DNA of 64,000 bases from contig JAHRHZ010000024.1 of the NCBI GenBank assembly GCA_024137785.1, positions 31,315,572 to 31,379,571 on the forward strand, written 5' to 3'. The position numbers and the translations under genes are program-made. The DNA is from Ginglymostoma cirratum. Lineage: Eukaryota. Positions 39,066 to 52,371 of this stretch are shown here, piece after piece. Position 1 is the first letter of the stretch. Each line of letters begins with the position of its first letter. The notes below the pieces were generated by a model that did not search any database, was not told where the DNA came from, and saw nothing but the letters and a program-made list of their open reading frames with translations.

Positions 39066-39343
39066 ATCCTGTGCTGAACCTTTACTGATCAGAAAAAATA
39101 TGCTTTTATGTGTTTCTCATTATTGTTAAACCCATAACTTGTAGATGCCTTATTTGACAGTCTAATTCTTGATTAGCCACATGATCGGAGAAGGTTCTTT
39201 CAGTGAGATTTACCTTTATGAAGTCTTGAACAGGATTGCTATTAAGAACTTAAAAAAAAACAAATGTGATTTAAGAAATGAATAACTTGCTTGAATTTGC
39301 ATAGCTTCACACATGCTGGGGTTTTCACTTAGTGTAAGTACAG

Positions 39344-39556
39344 CCATTTTGTGCATAATGCTTCTGTAATCTGAATTGGTTTACAGATGTTCCTTAATCT
39401 GATGATTTGGGTCCTTTGTTGGAAATTCATTTACAAACAACTGGGGACCCATTTTGTGCATAATGCTTCTGTAATCTGAATTGGTTTACAGATGTTCCTT
39501 AATCTGATGATTTAGCTCCTTTGTTGGAAATTCATTTACAAACAACTGGGAACCCA
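39344..39556. repeat. 105-bp tandem duplication
   Basis: Units start at 39344 and 39449 and differ at 3 positions; cca microhomology at the junctions. Confidence 0.95.
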
Positions 39557-39775
39557 CTGGTTCATTAAGGATAAATGAAGAGACACATGACCTGTCTTGC
39601 ATTTAGCATCTTCTGTCATGTTAATCCTGTATTATGCTTGAGTCTGCCATCTCTTTCCTGGGGGGCAGGTTCTCTTGCTCAGATGCTGTCCAGTCAGAAG
39701 CTTTAATGTGGCTTTTGAATAATAATTCTCCCTGCATGATGCAAATGGTGAGTGTGAGCAGAAACCTATTATTTC

Positions 39776-39978
39776 TCAACAAAGTTGGAAGTCACGCAAT
39801 ACCAGATTATAGTTCAACAGGTTTATTTGAAATCACAAGCTTTCGTAGAACTGCTCCTTTGTCACTCCACCTGCTCTGAAAGCTTATGGTTTCAAATAAA
39901 CCTGTTGGACTATAACCCCCGGTGTCGTGTGACTTCTAACTTTTTCCACCCCAGTCCAACACTGGCATCTACACGTCA
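39776..39978. mobile_element. Fold-back Penelope-like terminal repeat, family C
   Basis: Arms aaagttggaagtcac...aacaggtttatttgaaatcacaagctttc and gaaagcttatggtttcaaataaacctgttg...gtgacttctaacttt. Confidence 0.7.
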
Positions 39979-40867
39979 TGTTTGTCAACATAGGCCATTG
40001 GCTGGAAATTCCTCTCACCCGTGCCTTCAAACTTCCTAATCTAGTGTGGCTGCTTCTCTTATACTGATGTCTTTGTTGCTGAAATTGCCCAGTCAGTGTT
40101 GGATTATGGATTGGAATCCTTACATTCATGATGTGAAGCTGGGTCTTGCAGCCTTCATGTCTCATTTGGAATTCTTCAATCTCAACATTTTGAGATTATG
40201 ATAAATAACTAGTATTGGGAGTTACATCTTGTTACTGCTTCATTATGCAGTGTTATCATTAGGCTTTTACGGCACTTAAGCCAATATGCTTTGATATTAA
40301 TGTCAGTATACATCCCTGGTGGAATTTGTAATTTTTAAACAAAAATATTTCTCTCTTTGAAGTGACAAAATGTATAATCCTCTTATACTGCTTGGCATTT
40401 TCAAAATTTGAGTGCTAAAAGCACACAGGTTTAATTTTCCTACTAATAGGCTTTGCTGAAAACTTGCTGGAATGACAAAGTCCCTGCAGCACAGCTATGT
40501 AAAAATTTCATGTGCGTAGCTTTATACTTTACTGGGTTATTTTATCTTCCTTCAAGCAAATGCTACATGTGTAGTTCTATTTAAAATTGTGTCCAAAATC
40601 TAACTGTCTGAATTTTGGAGAAATCAAGTATGTTCAAAATGCATTCATCACTGCATCCTTCTACTGAAAGGGACTGCACAACAAGAATGAGTGTTTAGTG
40701 TTCAAATGCATTCCCTCACGCACAGGGTCTAGTTACAATTCTCCGTCTCTCTTTCATCTGATACCTTGCTCAGGTTTGAGCAATTTCAAACCATCTGTAT
40801 TTCCATTTGTCAACTCTGTAAATCTGCTAAATTGCTGTTAAGTTTGTCTTTATTTAGAATCACAGAA

Positions 40868-40950
40868 GCTCTTTGGACTGTGGGAGGAAATCAGAGCAAG
40901 CCCACGCAGACACAGGGAGAATGTGCAAACTCCACACAGACAGTCGCCCC
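40868..40950 (-). mobile_element. HE1-like V-SINE internal fragment
   Basis: ctttggactgtgggaggaaa...gagaatgtgcaaactccacacagacagtcgccc. Confidence 0.8.
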
Positions 40951-43039
40951 GGTCAGAAGTCTAACTGATTTTGTCTTCTGAATGATTATAGCCACTCTTC
41001 TGCTTGCCAGAGTTGTGTGTGACAACTTTTGTGAATTCTCTGTTCAACCCCCTCCCACCTTATTTGTGCCATTATTTGCCCTTAAAAGAAAGCTTTTTGA
41101 CTTTCTTTTCTTCAGTGCTTTTAATTTCAGAATGGGACCATCCCCATTGTGTTCTAGCATTAATATTTATGTCTGCCAGTTCTTTTGCATGCTTTGCCCT
41201 TTGAATTCACGTCAGATCTCTAGTCCCTGTGATATTCTTCTTGTAATCTGTGATATTTGTGCCAAAAGTTTTACACCCCCAAATCCTGTTTCCATTTCCT
41301 TCACTTTTTGTACACAGTATCTTTACTGCTTACAAATTCGTCATCTTTCTAAAAAGTAAAACTGTCCTCTTTGCCTCTTGTCTTTCTTACTCTATTTTCT
41401 GAATCAATGGAGACTCCTTTTGAAGGTTACGTTATTTTGAAAGTTCAGACCAAGTTCATACTGGGCAATAGTGTTTTTGTTCTGGCTGGTGGTTGTTTTC
41501 CATGTTGTGATTCTGGGCCTCTGACTTTGAACAATCAGTTTGTTAATTTAGCGTTTCAGAGCAAGATACAATCATGCTATCTTCCACCACTATGTTTGTG
41601 GTCTAGTTTATATTTATACTGTGCTATCTGTGATTGATGGCTAATCATACCCTTGATTTCGCATTTTTAAAATCATAATGCTGTTTCTTTTAAATCAGCA
41701 ATCTCATTGTTACTGTACACAGATTATTTCACTCTGCATTCAGCAATTTCTTTCATACCCTTAGTTACTGTCAGTAAATGTAGTTCCATTCCTACTGTGG
41801 TGCAATTAAGCTGTGGAAATTTCATTCCTATTGAGCTCTTTCTGAAGCACAGAATTTCATGATTTTAGTAACAACTACGATCTTTCTGTAGGTTTTATTC
41901 CATTGTTCAGTCTTGCCAGCTCTTTAATTGTGAAGAGGAGCCTGCCTTTTTAAATGTGTTTGTTTTCTCTTTATTGTCAAATGCTGTTGTTTGCCCTTAA
42001 GATCACTTAACTCTAGAAAGTGTATCTAAAATTTAAGTATCTATTCAATATCTGGAGAGCCACTTGGATAGATTTAATATCTCTCACCAAGATGGAACAC
42101 AAGATTTCTTCAATGGGCAATCCCTCTCTCACCTAATTTCTAATCTCTGTTTGGTTCCTGTTTGGAGAGACTGCTGCTTTCTCATCAACACTACTGCAGT
42201 CATTGCTACTCTGAATGCAGCTCATTTCTTTTAATTGCCAGTTGCATTCGTTGTCTGTGTAATCCATACTGTGGTGAAATTGATACTCATTGCACATTCT
42301 CTGTCCATTACCTCATTTGCTCCTTGGGTTCCCACAGTGCAGAGCTTCCAACCTGCCTCTTTTCGTCCTACCATTTTCAAAACACAAGCTTTGCCTCCAC
42401 TTCTGAATTTTTTTTAATGCATTCAATTCATGGTAGTGCTGGATGCTATGAATCTTGGTGCTTTACCTTTATTTCCGAAAGAAATGACGAAAAATTGTAA
42501 CAATCCAGTCAGTTAGGGAATGAACTTTAGACATTGACATCACTTGTTGAACATAGCTTGAGTTGTAGAATGTTTCCTTCCCTTTTTTGGTTGGTTGTAT
42601 GGTGACTAACTCATTCCGATGTGCTTTTACTTTCAGACATTATTTACAAGCTAATTACATGAATAATGTCTGCATCTCTCCTTAACATTACTATCTGGAT
42701 TTGCCAAGTAAACTATAGTGACAGTTTTGAAGTCTCTACGCTCTGTATGTCAAAATTCTTCCAATTTAGGGACTGATATGTAAACAGGTTGATGGAGAGA
42801 ATTGAAAAATGTGAAGCAAATGCTAAGTTACCTGCTGAAGCATTCCTCACTCTTCAAATTTCATAACATTCCTCCTATTTTCCTCTGCTTTTAACCTGTG
42901 ATAACCTGGTACGTTTGCCTTATTGGTTAGGCCAACCCATTAGAAATGCCTGTTGTAAAATAGAGTTGACCAGTGACTCAAAGTAGTTATGGTGATAAAG
43001 TGAGCGCTTATGGAATTTGAATGACATTCAATGGAATCA

Positions 43040-44640
43040 GAATGATACTACAGAGTGGGAGGCTGTTAGGCACATCATGCTTTTGCCAACTCTTGAATGA
43101 ATCCTACATCCTGCTCATTCCCAAAAGAATTCTGCAATTTTCTCCTTAAAATATTGACTTTTTTTTAATATGACTATTGAGAAATTGCCTTCACCACACT
43201 TCAGAACATTCCAGATGCAAAAAAGATTTTGTAATAACCATTCTTTTTAGCCAATTGCTTTAAATCGGAGTTGTCTGGCTACGAACACTTCTGTCACTGG
43301 AAACAATTTCTAATTACTTACACAATTATTTTCTTGATTTTGAAAACAGCCTTCTCAGCTTGATCTGCCACCATTAATGATTCGTGTCCATATATCTCTG
43401 TTCCTGCACTCCACTCAGAATTTTGCACATTACTTTCTGTTGCTGTCCCTCATCCTCCCAACCAAAATGTAACACTTCACAGTTTTATCTGCCAATGTTA
43501 CCCATCTGTCTTTCATGAATTCTCTTGAAGTTCTTATAGAATCATAGAATCCCTCCAGTGCAGAAAGAGGCCATTCAGCCCATCATATTTTCACCATTCC
43601 ATTGAAGAGCATCCACCCAGACCCCTCCCCATGCCCGTAACATTGCATTTATCATGGCTAGTCTACCTAGCCTAACATTCCGGGACACTACAGACAATTT
43701 AGCATGGCTAATCTACCTAACTTGCACATCCTTGTTAGAAGGAAACCGGAGCACCCGGAGGAGACCCATGCAGGCATGGGGAGAATGTGCAAACTCCACA
43801 CAGATAGTCACCTGAGGCTGAAATCAAACCCAGGGCCCTGGTGCTGCGAGGCAACAGCGCTAATCACTGAGCCACCTTGTTCTTCTCAATAACTATTTCT
43901 CCAAGTTTTGTATTATCTGCAAACTTAATATCCAAATCATTCATATATATCAAACATGGTTTGATATATATCTTGCAAAACCCCACTGCATTAGTCTGCC
44001 CTGCCTGAGGAACAAAGTGTTCACCAATATTTGCCTTTTTCTTGTTTGGCCAATTCTGTATCCATGGTGTCACTGTCCCTTTAATCCCATTGGCTATACT
44101 TCTGCTGATAAATATATTTCAGGTGGTACTTGGACACTATCTTTTGAAAGACATACATCGCATCAAAGCACACTACTCTAATGAATTACTTCCATTGTAT
44201 TATTTCACCGAAGAAATAAATCAAGTTAGTCAAACATCAGTTGTCTTTAATAAATCTGTGCTTACTCTCGCTTACTAGCCCAACTTTTCAAAACCCAAGT
44301 TAAATTTGAATGTGATGTCTTCCCACCATGAACCTTAGACTGATTGGCTTATGGATGCTTGATTTATCCTGCTGTCCCTTTCTGAATAGGAATGTAATAC
44401 TCTCAATCCACCAGCAGTTTTGGCACCATTCCTTTCTGAAAGGAAGGTAGTGGCCAAAAGGTCTTCATTTCTACACTTACTTCCTCAGTAACCTAAGATC
44501 TATTGAATTTGGACTGGGTAACTTTGAAGTATCTTCCTATGGATTCTTACTCCTGCCAATGACACTAAATTTTTCCTCCTTTAATATTACATTGGCAGAC
44601 TATTTTTCATGAAGACGCATACAAAGCTTTCACCAATGCC
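43040..44640 (-). mobile_element. Old CR1 LINE remnant
   Basis: IYMNDLDIKFADNTKLG in ORF 43864..44073; interrupted by an HE1-like SINE. Confidence 0.65.
43536..43877 (-). mobile_element. HE1-like V-SINE, full length
   Basis: Reverse-complement homologue of 27091-27440 with a (ctatgatt)n tail. Confidence 0.88.
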
Positions 44641-44715
44641 TTAGCCATAGCTCCTTTTTGGTGGCTAGTTGGTCTTGGTCTTTCTTTGACTGCCATTTTA
44701 TTCTTTGCGTTTTTA

Positions 44716-45584
44716 TGTTATTACGATCAAGGCTAGAGGAGTGCATTGTCTCTTTAGTCCCACTACTCCATTGGTCACAACATAAAATAAAAAAATTTTT
44801 GCAGGTACAAAGATGGCCAATTAAATTTCTTGTCCAGATTAGGTTTTAAACAGAAGAGCTATCAGCCAATTTCTTAATAGACCCAAGTTATGGGTTAATT
44901 ATCAAAACAAACCCTAATAAAAATGCAATAATTCTTTAACATACCCAGTCAGTTAAAGTAAGTATAAATACATGTCCCTCTAAATATCTCCAGAATGCAC
45001 ATGTAAGCACAGGTACTCTTCAGGAAAACAGCAAACAAATTTACTCTGCAGAGATTGACATCCTGGAAAAAAGCACTCTAATCAATGGCTTATTCTTAAA
45101 GGCAGATGGATAAAGTATACTATATTTTGGAGTCTGTGCCCTGACATGCTGGCACGTGTGATCAGGTCACTAATCATACAGTGTTGTCTCTGGAATCTTG
45201 CAGACACAGCTTGTTCGAGAAATGCAATCTTGAAGCGTTCCTTCAGTGACTCTTTTAAAATAATAGGTTTCCCCAAACTCAGCAAGAGGGTTTTCTATTC
45301 AGAAATGAGAGCAATCAGCTGGACACCTTGTTCTCAGCAAGCTTTCCCCCAATTGTCTAGGGTAAAACAAGAACCTCTCCAAACCAGTTACTGTTCAAAA
45401 ATCACCACAACATGTTTCTCAACAAAGCAAGCTGTTATTACTAGTTCTGCGATTTCTAGGAAGCCTTGTTTTAAACAAAAACAGTATCCACAATGAACTT
45501 TCAATTACCTCTCAAAAAATCTATGTTTACAAAATTTTAAGTACATTCATTTCCACAATTTTTCAAAATGTAGGTCCTTCAACA
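44716..45584 (-). mobile_element. Possible solo LTR
   Basis: ~870-bp block bounded by tgtt... and ...aaca, with A-rich composition unlike its flanks. No clear TSD and no second copy. Confidence 0.35.
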
Positions 45585-46397
45585 GTATTAAATATGACCT
45601 GTCTTCATGTGACAGTGTTAGCTACAAATATTACTATTTGCCCTCTTTCTGTGAATCTCTTTTTTTGTGTTTCAATTCTGTTCTATATTTTAAATATTCA
45701 AAGGCCCCAATCACAGTCTAACTTCTATATCTTTGGAACTCTGGAGATCTCTCACTTTAGATCTTCCTGTTCCACACATAGAAATATGCCTGCATCTATC
45801 TCTATCCACTTCCGAAAACTGCCCAGCACTTAGCGGCCGTTTTGCCTACCACTTGTTACTTGGATTTTGCCCTGGTGGATAGGATTTTTGAACCTCCCAA
45901 ACTCCCTCAACTCCATCCCCAGTTAGGTAATTTTACACTTGATTGTAGCTAGTTGCTGAGATGTCAAGTTTATGGTTATGCCTTGGGTCAGTGGCACAGT
46001 GTAACTAAAACTTTATAGCACAATGCATGTCAACACATTGAGAGAATCTAATTTCCACTTGTGACACTGAAATACTCCCAGCGTTCATGCACTGTCACTT
46101 AGGGAAAGAAAGGATTGGATTACAAGAATTAATGCTTGGATGAATAAGAGGAGTGAAGAATTGAAGGTTGAGTGCCTTTTTGCATAGATACACTGTGCTT
46201 CTTGGCTTTCTGTGGCCCATTTGAAGTTTGCCTTCAATAGCTCATCTGTGTATGCAATAATGACGTGGATAGAATGTCAGGAGTAGTAACCGTTAAACTC
46301 CAAATCACAGATGTGGTTGTAAAGAAATAATGATTTGCGCAATTAGTACCCTGATTGGCTTTGTTCCAGATGATTGCAAATTGATGACTTCAGTTGT

Positions 46398-47249
46398 GGA
46401 TGTTGCAGGTTACAGAGGGACAAAGATAAGCTGCAGAGCTGGGCTGAGAGGTGGCAAATGGAGTTTAATGCGGAAAACTGTGAGGTGATTCACTTTGGAA
46501 GGAGTAACAGGAATACAGAGTACTGGGCCAATGGTAAGGTTCTCGGTAGTGTGAACGAGCAGAGAGATCTCAGTGTCCATGTGCATTGATCCCTGAAAGT
46601 TGCCACCCAGGTTGATAGGGTTGTTAAGAAGGCATATGGTGTGTTAGGTTTCATTGGTAGAGGGATTGTATTTTGGACCCATGAGGTCATGTTGCAGCTG
46701 TACAAAACTCTGATGCACCCGCACTTGGAGTATTGCGTACAGTTCTGGTCACCGCATTATAGGAAGGATGTGGAAGCATTGGAAAAGGTGCAGAGGAGAT
46801 TTACCAGGATGTTGCCTGGTATGGAGGGAAGGTCTTATGAGGAAAGGCTGAGGGACTTGGGACTGTTTTCGTTAGAGAGAAGAATGTTAAGAGGTGACTT
46901 AATAGAGACATACAAGATGATCAGAGGATTAGATAGGGTGGACAGTGAGAGCCTTTTTCCTCGGATGGTGATGGCTATCACGAGGGGACGTAGCTTTAAA
47001 TTGAGGGATGATAGGTGTAGGACAGATGTCAGAGGTAGATTCTTTACTCAGAGAGTAGTAAGGGCGTGGAATGCCCTGCCTGCAACAGTAGTAGACTCAC
47101 CATCTTTAAGGGCATCTAAATGGTCATTGGATAAACATATGGATGATAATGGAATATGTAGGTTAGATGGGCTTCAGATTGGTTTCACAGGTCGACGCAA
47201 CATCGAGGGCCGAAGGGCGTGTACTGCGCTGTAATGTTCTATGTTCTAA
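46398..47249 (+). mobile_element. Young 5'-truncated CR1/HER1 LINE
   Basis: ORFs 46374 and 46641 share a frame with one stop (46587-46589): WAERWQMEFN...HLEYCVQFWSP...RFFTQRVVRAWNALP; (atgttct)n tail. Confidence 0.95.
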
Positions 47250-48071
47250 GGATTTAAGAGTGGTGTGTCTGCAGTGATGTTGATGACAGTGAGTCAAGTC
47301 ATTCGGATCTGTTTGCTGTCTCAGGAGTAATCTTTGCTGACGGATCAGGCCAGAATTATTATTTACCTGGTGCTACCAAGAAAATTTGTGTGAATTTAAA
47401 CACAGTTTTCCCTCCTGCATTAGGTAGGGGCAAAAATGTTAGCAAGGGAAAACTATTTGACTTTTGATACTGCAATTAACTCTTTACTAACAGTTACTTG
47501 GTGTACATTCATTTAATGGTAATTTGTTTTAAAAGTTACATTTAAAAGCTGGCTGAGGAGAAAAGATTTTAAGTGGAGAGATATAGAATTTGCTTGAATT
47601 GGAATATTTTATGATTCTTATGCACTGTTACACCAATAGTTTTAATTATAACTGACCATTCATTTTTCAGGGACTTTATCTGACTTCTCTGAGAGAATTA
47701 TGTTTGTGAATGACTTTTCCTTGTCACTTTGGAAATCCATGCTACACACCAAATTGCTTTAATGTCCTTGTTTAATCTTACTCTGTGTTCCTTAAAGTTA
47801 ACTTGTGGAGTGAGAAAAATCAGGGCATTTGCTTGCTATGATTGTTCAGGGAAGGGACAAAATGCAAGTGTCTTTCTGGGTCTTGAGAATCTTCGTCCTT
47901 GTTGGTATTTTTGGACTTACTATATTTGAAGTACTTGGAGATTCTGCAAGAATAAACATTTCAAAAGTCACAGTTTACTGTCATCAGTGTTTTCTCCAAT
48001 TAATGGATTTACTTTAAGGGACATCGGAATGCAGCAAGCCATTCCCAACAGGTGTAAGTGGGTATAGGGTC

Positions 48072-48203
48072 AGAGATAGTAGGAACTGCAGATGCTGGAG
48101 AATCTGAGATAACAAGGTGTAGAGCTGGATGAACACAGCAGGCCAAGCAGCATCAGAGGAGCAGGAAAGCTGACGTTTCAGGCCTAGACCCTTCTTCAGA
48201 AAA
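48072..48203 (-). mobile_element. Penelope-like family A insertion
   Basis: agatagtaggaactgcagatgctggag...ctgacgtttcaggcctagacccttcttcagaaa; agggtca flanks both sides. Confidence 0.8.
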
Positions 48204-49252
48204 AAAAGGGTCACAGGAGGTTGTAGGGGTATGCTGGATTAATGATTACTTTGAAACAAATCCAGAGAGGCTTTGGCAGACGAGTGAAGATTTCACAGTT
48301 GAGCTGATGGCTGAAAAGACTCATACAGGACATAATGTAGGTGGTGAGTTTGAGTTTGTTCAGGATGAGCCTTGAGAGACTATAAGAGCACTGTTGTGAT
48401 GAAGGTATGAAGTTAGACTGAGGGGGCAGAAATGCATGATGTTTGACGGAAAGAGTCGAGTCAAAATGATTGAATGTGAAGATTGAAGCAGAACTGAACA
48501 GGATGTCGAGGTTCTGCCTCATTAAATTCAGTCTGGACGGACAAATAAGTTGGAGTGAAGCATTGGGTTAAGTGGGAGGAATCCAGTATTAGCCGGAACC
48601 ACTAATGTAGGAAGATGTTATTTAATACATTAAAGGTGCTGTGAAGATATAATTTATTTGGTATGTGTAAAATGAAGTGATTGCCATGACTTCAGAGGTG
48701 TGATGAAAACTGATGACAAGTTGAATGTGTTTAAAGGAGTTACTATATTTTTCTTAGAGATGTGCATTTTAGAGAATAGGTACGTGTTGGCAGTTTAGGG
48801 AGAGCCAGTTGACCTTAGCTTTTGATGGCAGCATGATGCATAAGAGGATGGCGTCCAAGGAATGGCTAGTTGTTGGACAGGAGTTATTGGGCCAGAGGAG
48901 AACTGGGAAGGTGCAAGATCATGAAGGTGTAGGTTGTCATAGAACTCACTGCATGATTTTATAGATGTCACCAATGCATATTAGAAGGTTTAGGAGGAGT
49001 TGAGACCTGAATGTTTTGAGAATACGGAAATGACGATATAGGTGCAAGGGGAGAAATGGTAGCAGGTAATGTGTTGGCTGCATTAATGTAAGTAGGAAGA
49101 GAACCATGCCCAGACAGTGCCACAAAGATAGAACATAGCAAAACAACACTGAGAAATCTTCGTAATGTTATTTCCAATGTTCCACTGTCCTGAACTTTAC
49201 TGTAACGAGAATTTTGTAGCTGAAGTTTTGGTTTTGAAACAGTTGATAAAAT

Positions 49253-52200
49253 GGGGAGGTGATAGCCTCATGGTTTTTATTGCTAGATTATAAATCCAGA
49301 AACTCAGTTAATTGTTGGGGGACCCAGATTCAAATCCGGCCATGACAGGTAGTGGAATTTCATTTCAATAAAATATATCTGTAATTAGGAATCTACTGAT
49401 GACCATGAAACCATTTGTTGGAAAACTCATTTGGCTCATGAATGTCCTTCAGGGAAGGAAATCTGCCATCCTCACCTATTTTTGACTACTTGTTACTCCA
49501 GACCCACAGTAGTGTGGTTGACTCTCAAATGCACTGAAATGGCTGAAGAAGCCACTCAATTGTATCATTTGCTACAAAATTTCAGCAAAGAATTGAAACT
49601 AGACAGACCACCTGGCATTGGAAAGGACAATGGCAGAAGCAGCCCTGTCAGCCCCACAAAGTCATCCTCACTAACATCTAGTGCCAAAATTGGGACAGCT
49701 GTCTCTCAGCCTAATGAAACAAAAGCCTGACATAGTCATTCTCACAGAATCATACCTCACATACTATGTCCCAGATATCACCATTCCTCGATTTGTCCTG
49801 TGCCCCAGGGAGGACAAAATCAGCAGAGGTGATGACACAGTGTTATACAGTCAGGGGAAGTTGTCTGGGAGGCCTCGACATTGTCTCTCGATCTCATGAA
49901 TTCTCATGGCTTCAGGTTAAATATGATAAGAAAACCTCCTGCTGGTTACCAGGCAACGTCCTCCCTTCACTGATCAATCAGTGCTCCTCCAAGATGAACT
50001 GAACAATTGGAGAAGGCACTGGGTGTGGCAAGGGCACATAATGCACTCTGGGATTTCAGTGCCCACCACCAAGAGTGGCTCAGCAGCAGGATAACTGACT
50101 GATCTGGTCAGGTCCTAGCGGATGTAGCTGCTAGACTTGGTTTACACCAGCTAATGACAGAACAAAGAAGAGGGAGAAATATACTTGACCTCATCCTTAC
50201 CAATCTGCTGGCTGTAGGTACATCTATCTATGACGGTATCAGTAAGAGTGACTGCCACATAGTCCTTGTTGGAGACAAAGTTCCTGCTTCATGTGGAGAA
50301 TAACCTCCATTGTCTTATGTGGCACAACAACCATGCTAAATGGGACAGACTTCGAACAGATCTCGCAACTCAAGATTGGGCATCCATAAGGCACTGTGGG
50401 CCATCAATCGTAGCAGAATTGTACTCTGGTACAATCTGCAAACTCTTAGCTCAGCATACCCCCACTTAACCATTACCACCGAGCCAGAGGATCAACCCTA
50501 GTTCAATGAAGAGTGCAGGAGGTCATCTCAGGAGCAACACCCATGTAAAACTAAAAGTGAGGTGTTGACCTGGTGGACCTGACAAAGCACGTAAGCACAA
50601 GTGGTAGACAGAGCTACGCAACAACCAACAGGTCAGATCTAGGTTCTGCAGTCCTGCCATATCTAGTCATGAATGGTGGTGGACAATTCAACAACTCATT
50701 GGAGGAACACAAATATCCCATCCTCAATGATGGAAAAGCCCAACAAGTGGGTGCAGCTAGCTTCAGCCAGAAATGCCACATGAATGATCCATCTTAGACC
50801 TTCTCTAGTTGTCCCCCGCATCACAGATACTACTTCAGCCATTTTAATTCACCCTATGTGATATTTGCAAAGGCTATAGGCCCTGACAACATTCGGGCAA
50901 TAGTGCTGAAGACTTGTGCTCAAGAACCTGTTGCTCCACTAGCCACACTTCTAGTACCACACAGCACTGGGTAAATTGCCCAGGTATGACCAGTACACAA
51001 AAAGCAGGCAAATCCAACCTGACCAATTACTGCCCCATCAGTCTACTCTTGATCATCAGTAAAGTAATGGAAGGTGTAATCAACAGTGCTATCAAGCAGC
51101 ACCTGCTCAGCAATAACCTGCTCAGTGACGGCCAGTTTGGGTTCTGCCAGGGCCACTCAACACCTTATCTCATTACACCCTTGGTTCAAACATAGACAAA
51201 AGAGCTGAATTCCAGAGGTGAGGTGAGAGTGACAGCCCTTGACATCAGAACTACATTCAACCAGGTTTGGCATCAAGAAGCCCTGGCAAAACTGGAACCA
51301 ATGGGTATCGGGGGCAAACACTCCATAGGTTGAAGTCAAACCTGACACATAGGAAGATGTTTGTGGTTTTTGGAAGTCAATCATCTCAGCTCCAGGACAT
51401 CTCTGCAGGAGCTCTTCAGGGTAGTATCCCAAGCCCGACCATATTCAGTTGCTTCATCAATGACCTTGCTTCCATCATAAGGTCAGAAGTGGGGATATTT
51501 GCTGATGATTGCACAATATTCAACACCATTTGCAACTCCCCAGATACTGAAGCAGTTCATGTTTGAATGCATTAAGGTTTGGGCACAATTGGCACGTAAC
51601 ATTTGTGCCATACAAATGCCAGGCATTGATCGTATCCAATATGAGATAATCTAACTACTACCCCATAACAATCAATGGTGTTAATATCATTGAATCCCTC
51701 ACTATCAACATTGTTGGGTAACCATTGACCAGAAACTCAACTGGACTCACCACATAAACAGAGTGGCTATGAGAACAGGTCAGAAGCTAGGAATACTGAG
51801 GCAAGTAAATTGCCTGAATCCTCAAAGCCTGTCCACCAACTACAAGGCACAAGTCAGGAGTGTGATGGAATACTCCCCATTTGTCTGGATGAGTGCAGTT
51901 CCAAAATCACTGAAGAATCTTGACACCGTCCAGGACAAAGCGGCTTGCTTGATTGACACTACATTCGCAAGTATCCACTCCCTCCACAAGTGACGGTCAG
52001 TAGCAGCAGTGTGTACTATCTACTGACGCAGTCCAGAAATTCAGCCAAGATCTTTATGCAACACTTTCCAAACCCATAACACTTCCATCTAGAAGATCAA
52101 GGGTGGCAGATACATGGGAACACCACCACCTGCAAGTTCCCCTCCAAGCCACTCACCATCCTGACTTGGAAATATTTTGTCACTTCTTCACTTTCATTGA

Positions 52201-52371
52201 GTCAAAATCCTGGAATCCCCTCCAGAAGAGTATTGTGGTTCTATCTACAGCATGTGGACTGCAGCGGTCCAAGAAGGCAACTCGCCACCACCTTCCTAAG
52301 CGCAACTAGAGACAGGTAATAAACTCTGGCTAGCCTACAACGCTCATGTCCCACAAGTGAATAAACAAAAA
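49253..52371 (+). mobile_element. Apparently full-length, decayed CR1-group non-LTR retrotransposon: tRNA-SINE head + single APE-RT ORF + tail
   Basis: The head (49253-~49560) aligns with the SINE at 6676. APE motifs: KVILTNI, PDIVILTESYL, DFSAHHQEW, ILDLILTN, SDCHIV. RT motifs: NYCPISLL..ISKVME, QFGF, ALDIRTTFNQVWHQ, QGSI..P.IFSCFINDL, FADD. C-terminus YKAQVRSVMEYS. The tail ends gtgaataaacaaaaa. Confidence 0.9.

Noticed and set aside
39344-39556. CRISPR-like array or prokaryotic system
   Set aside because: Only two adjacent units without spacers, in a spliced vertebrate gene. Nothing prokaryotic is evident in the window.
46641-47234. Longest ORF (197 aa) as a host gene
   Set aside because: It is the C-terminus of CR1 ORF2 in a 5'-truncated copy.
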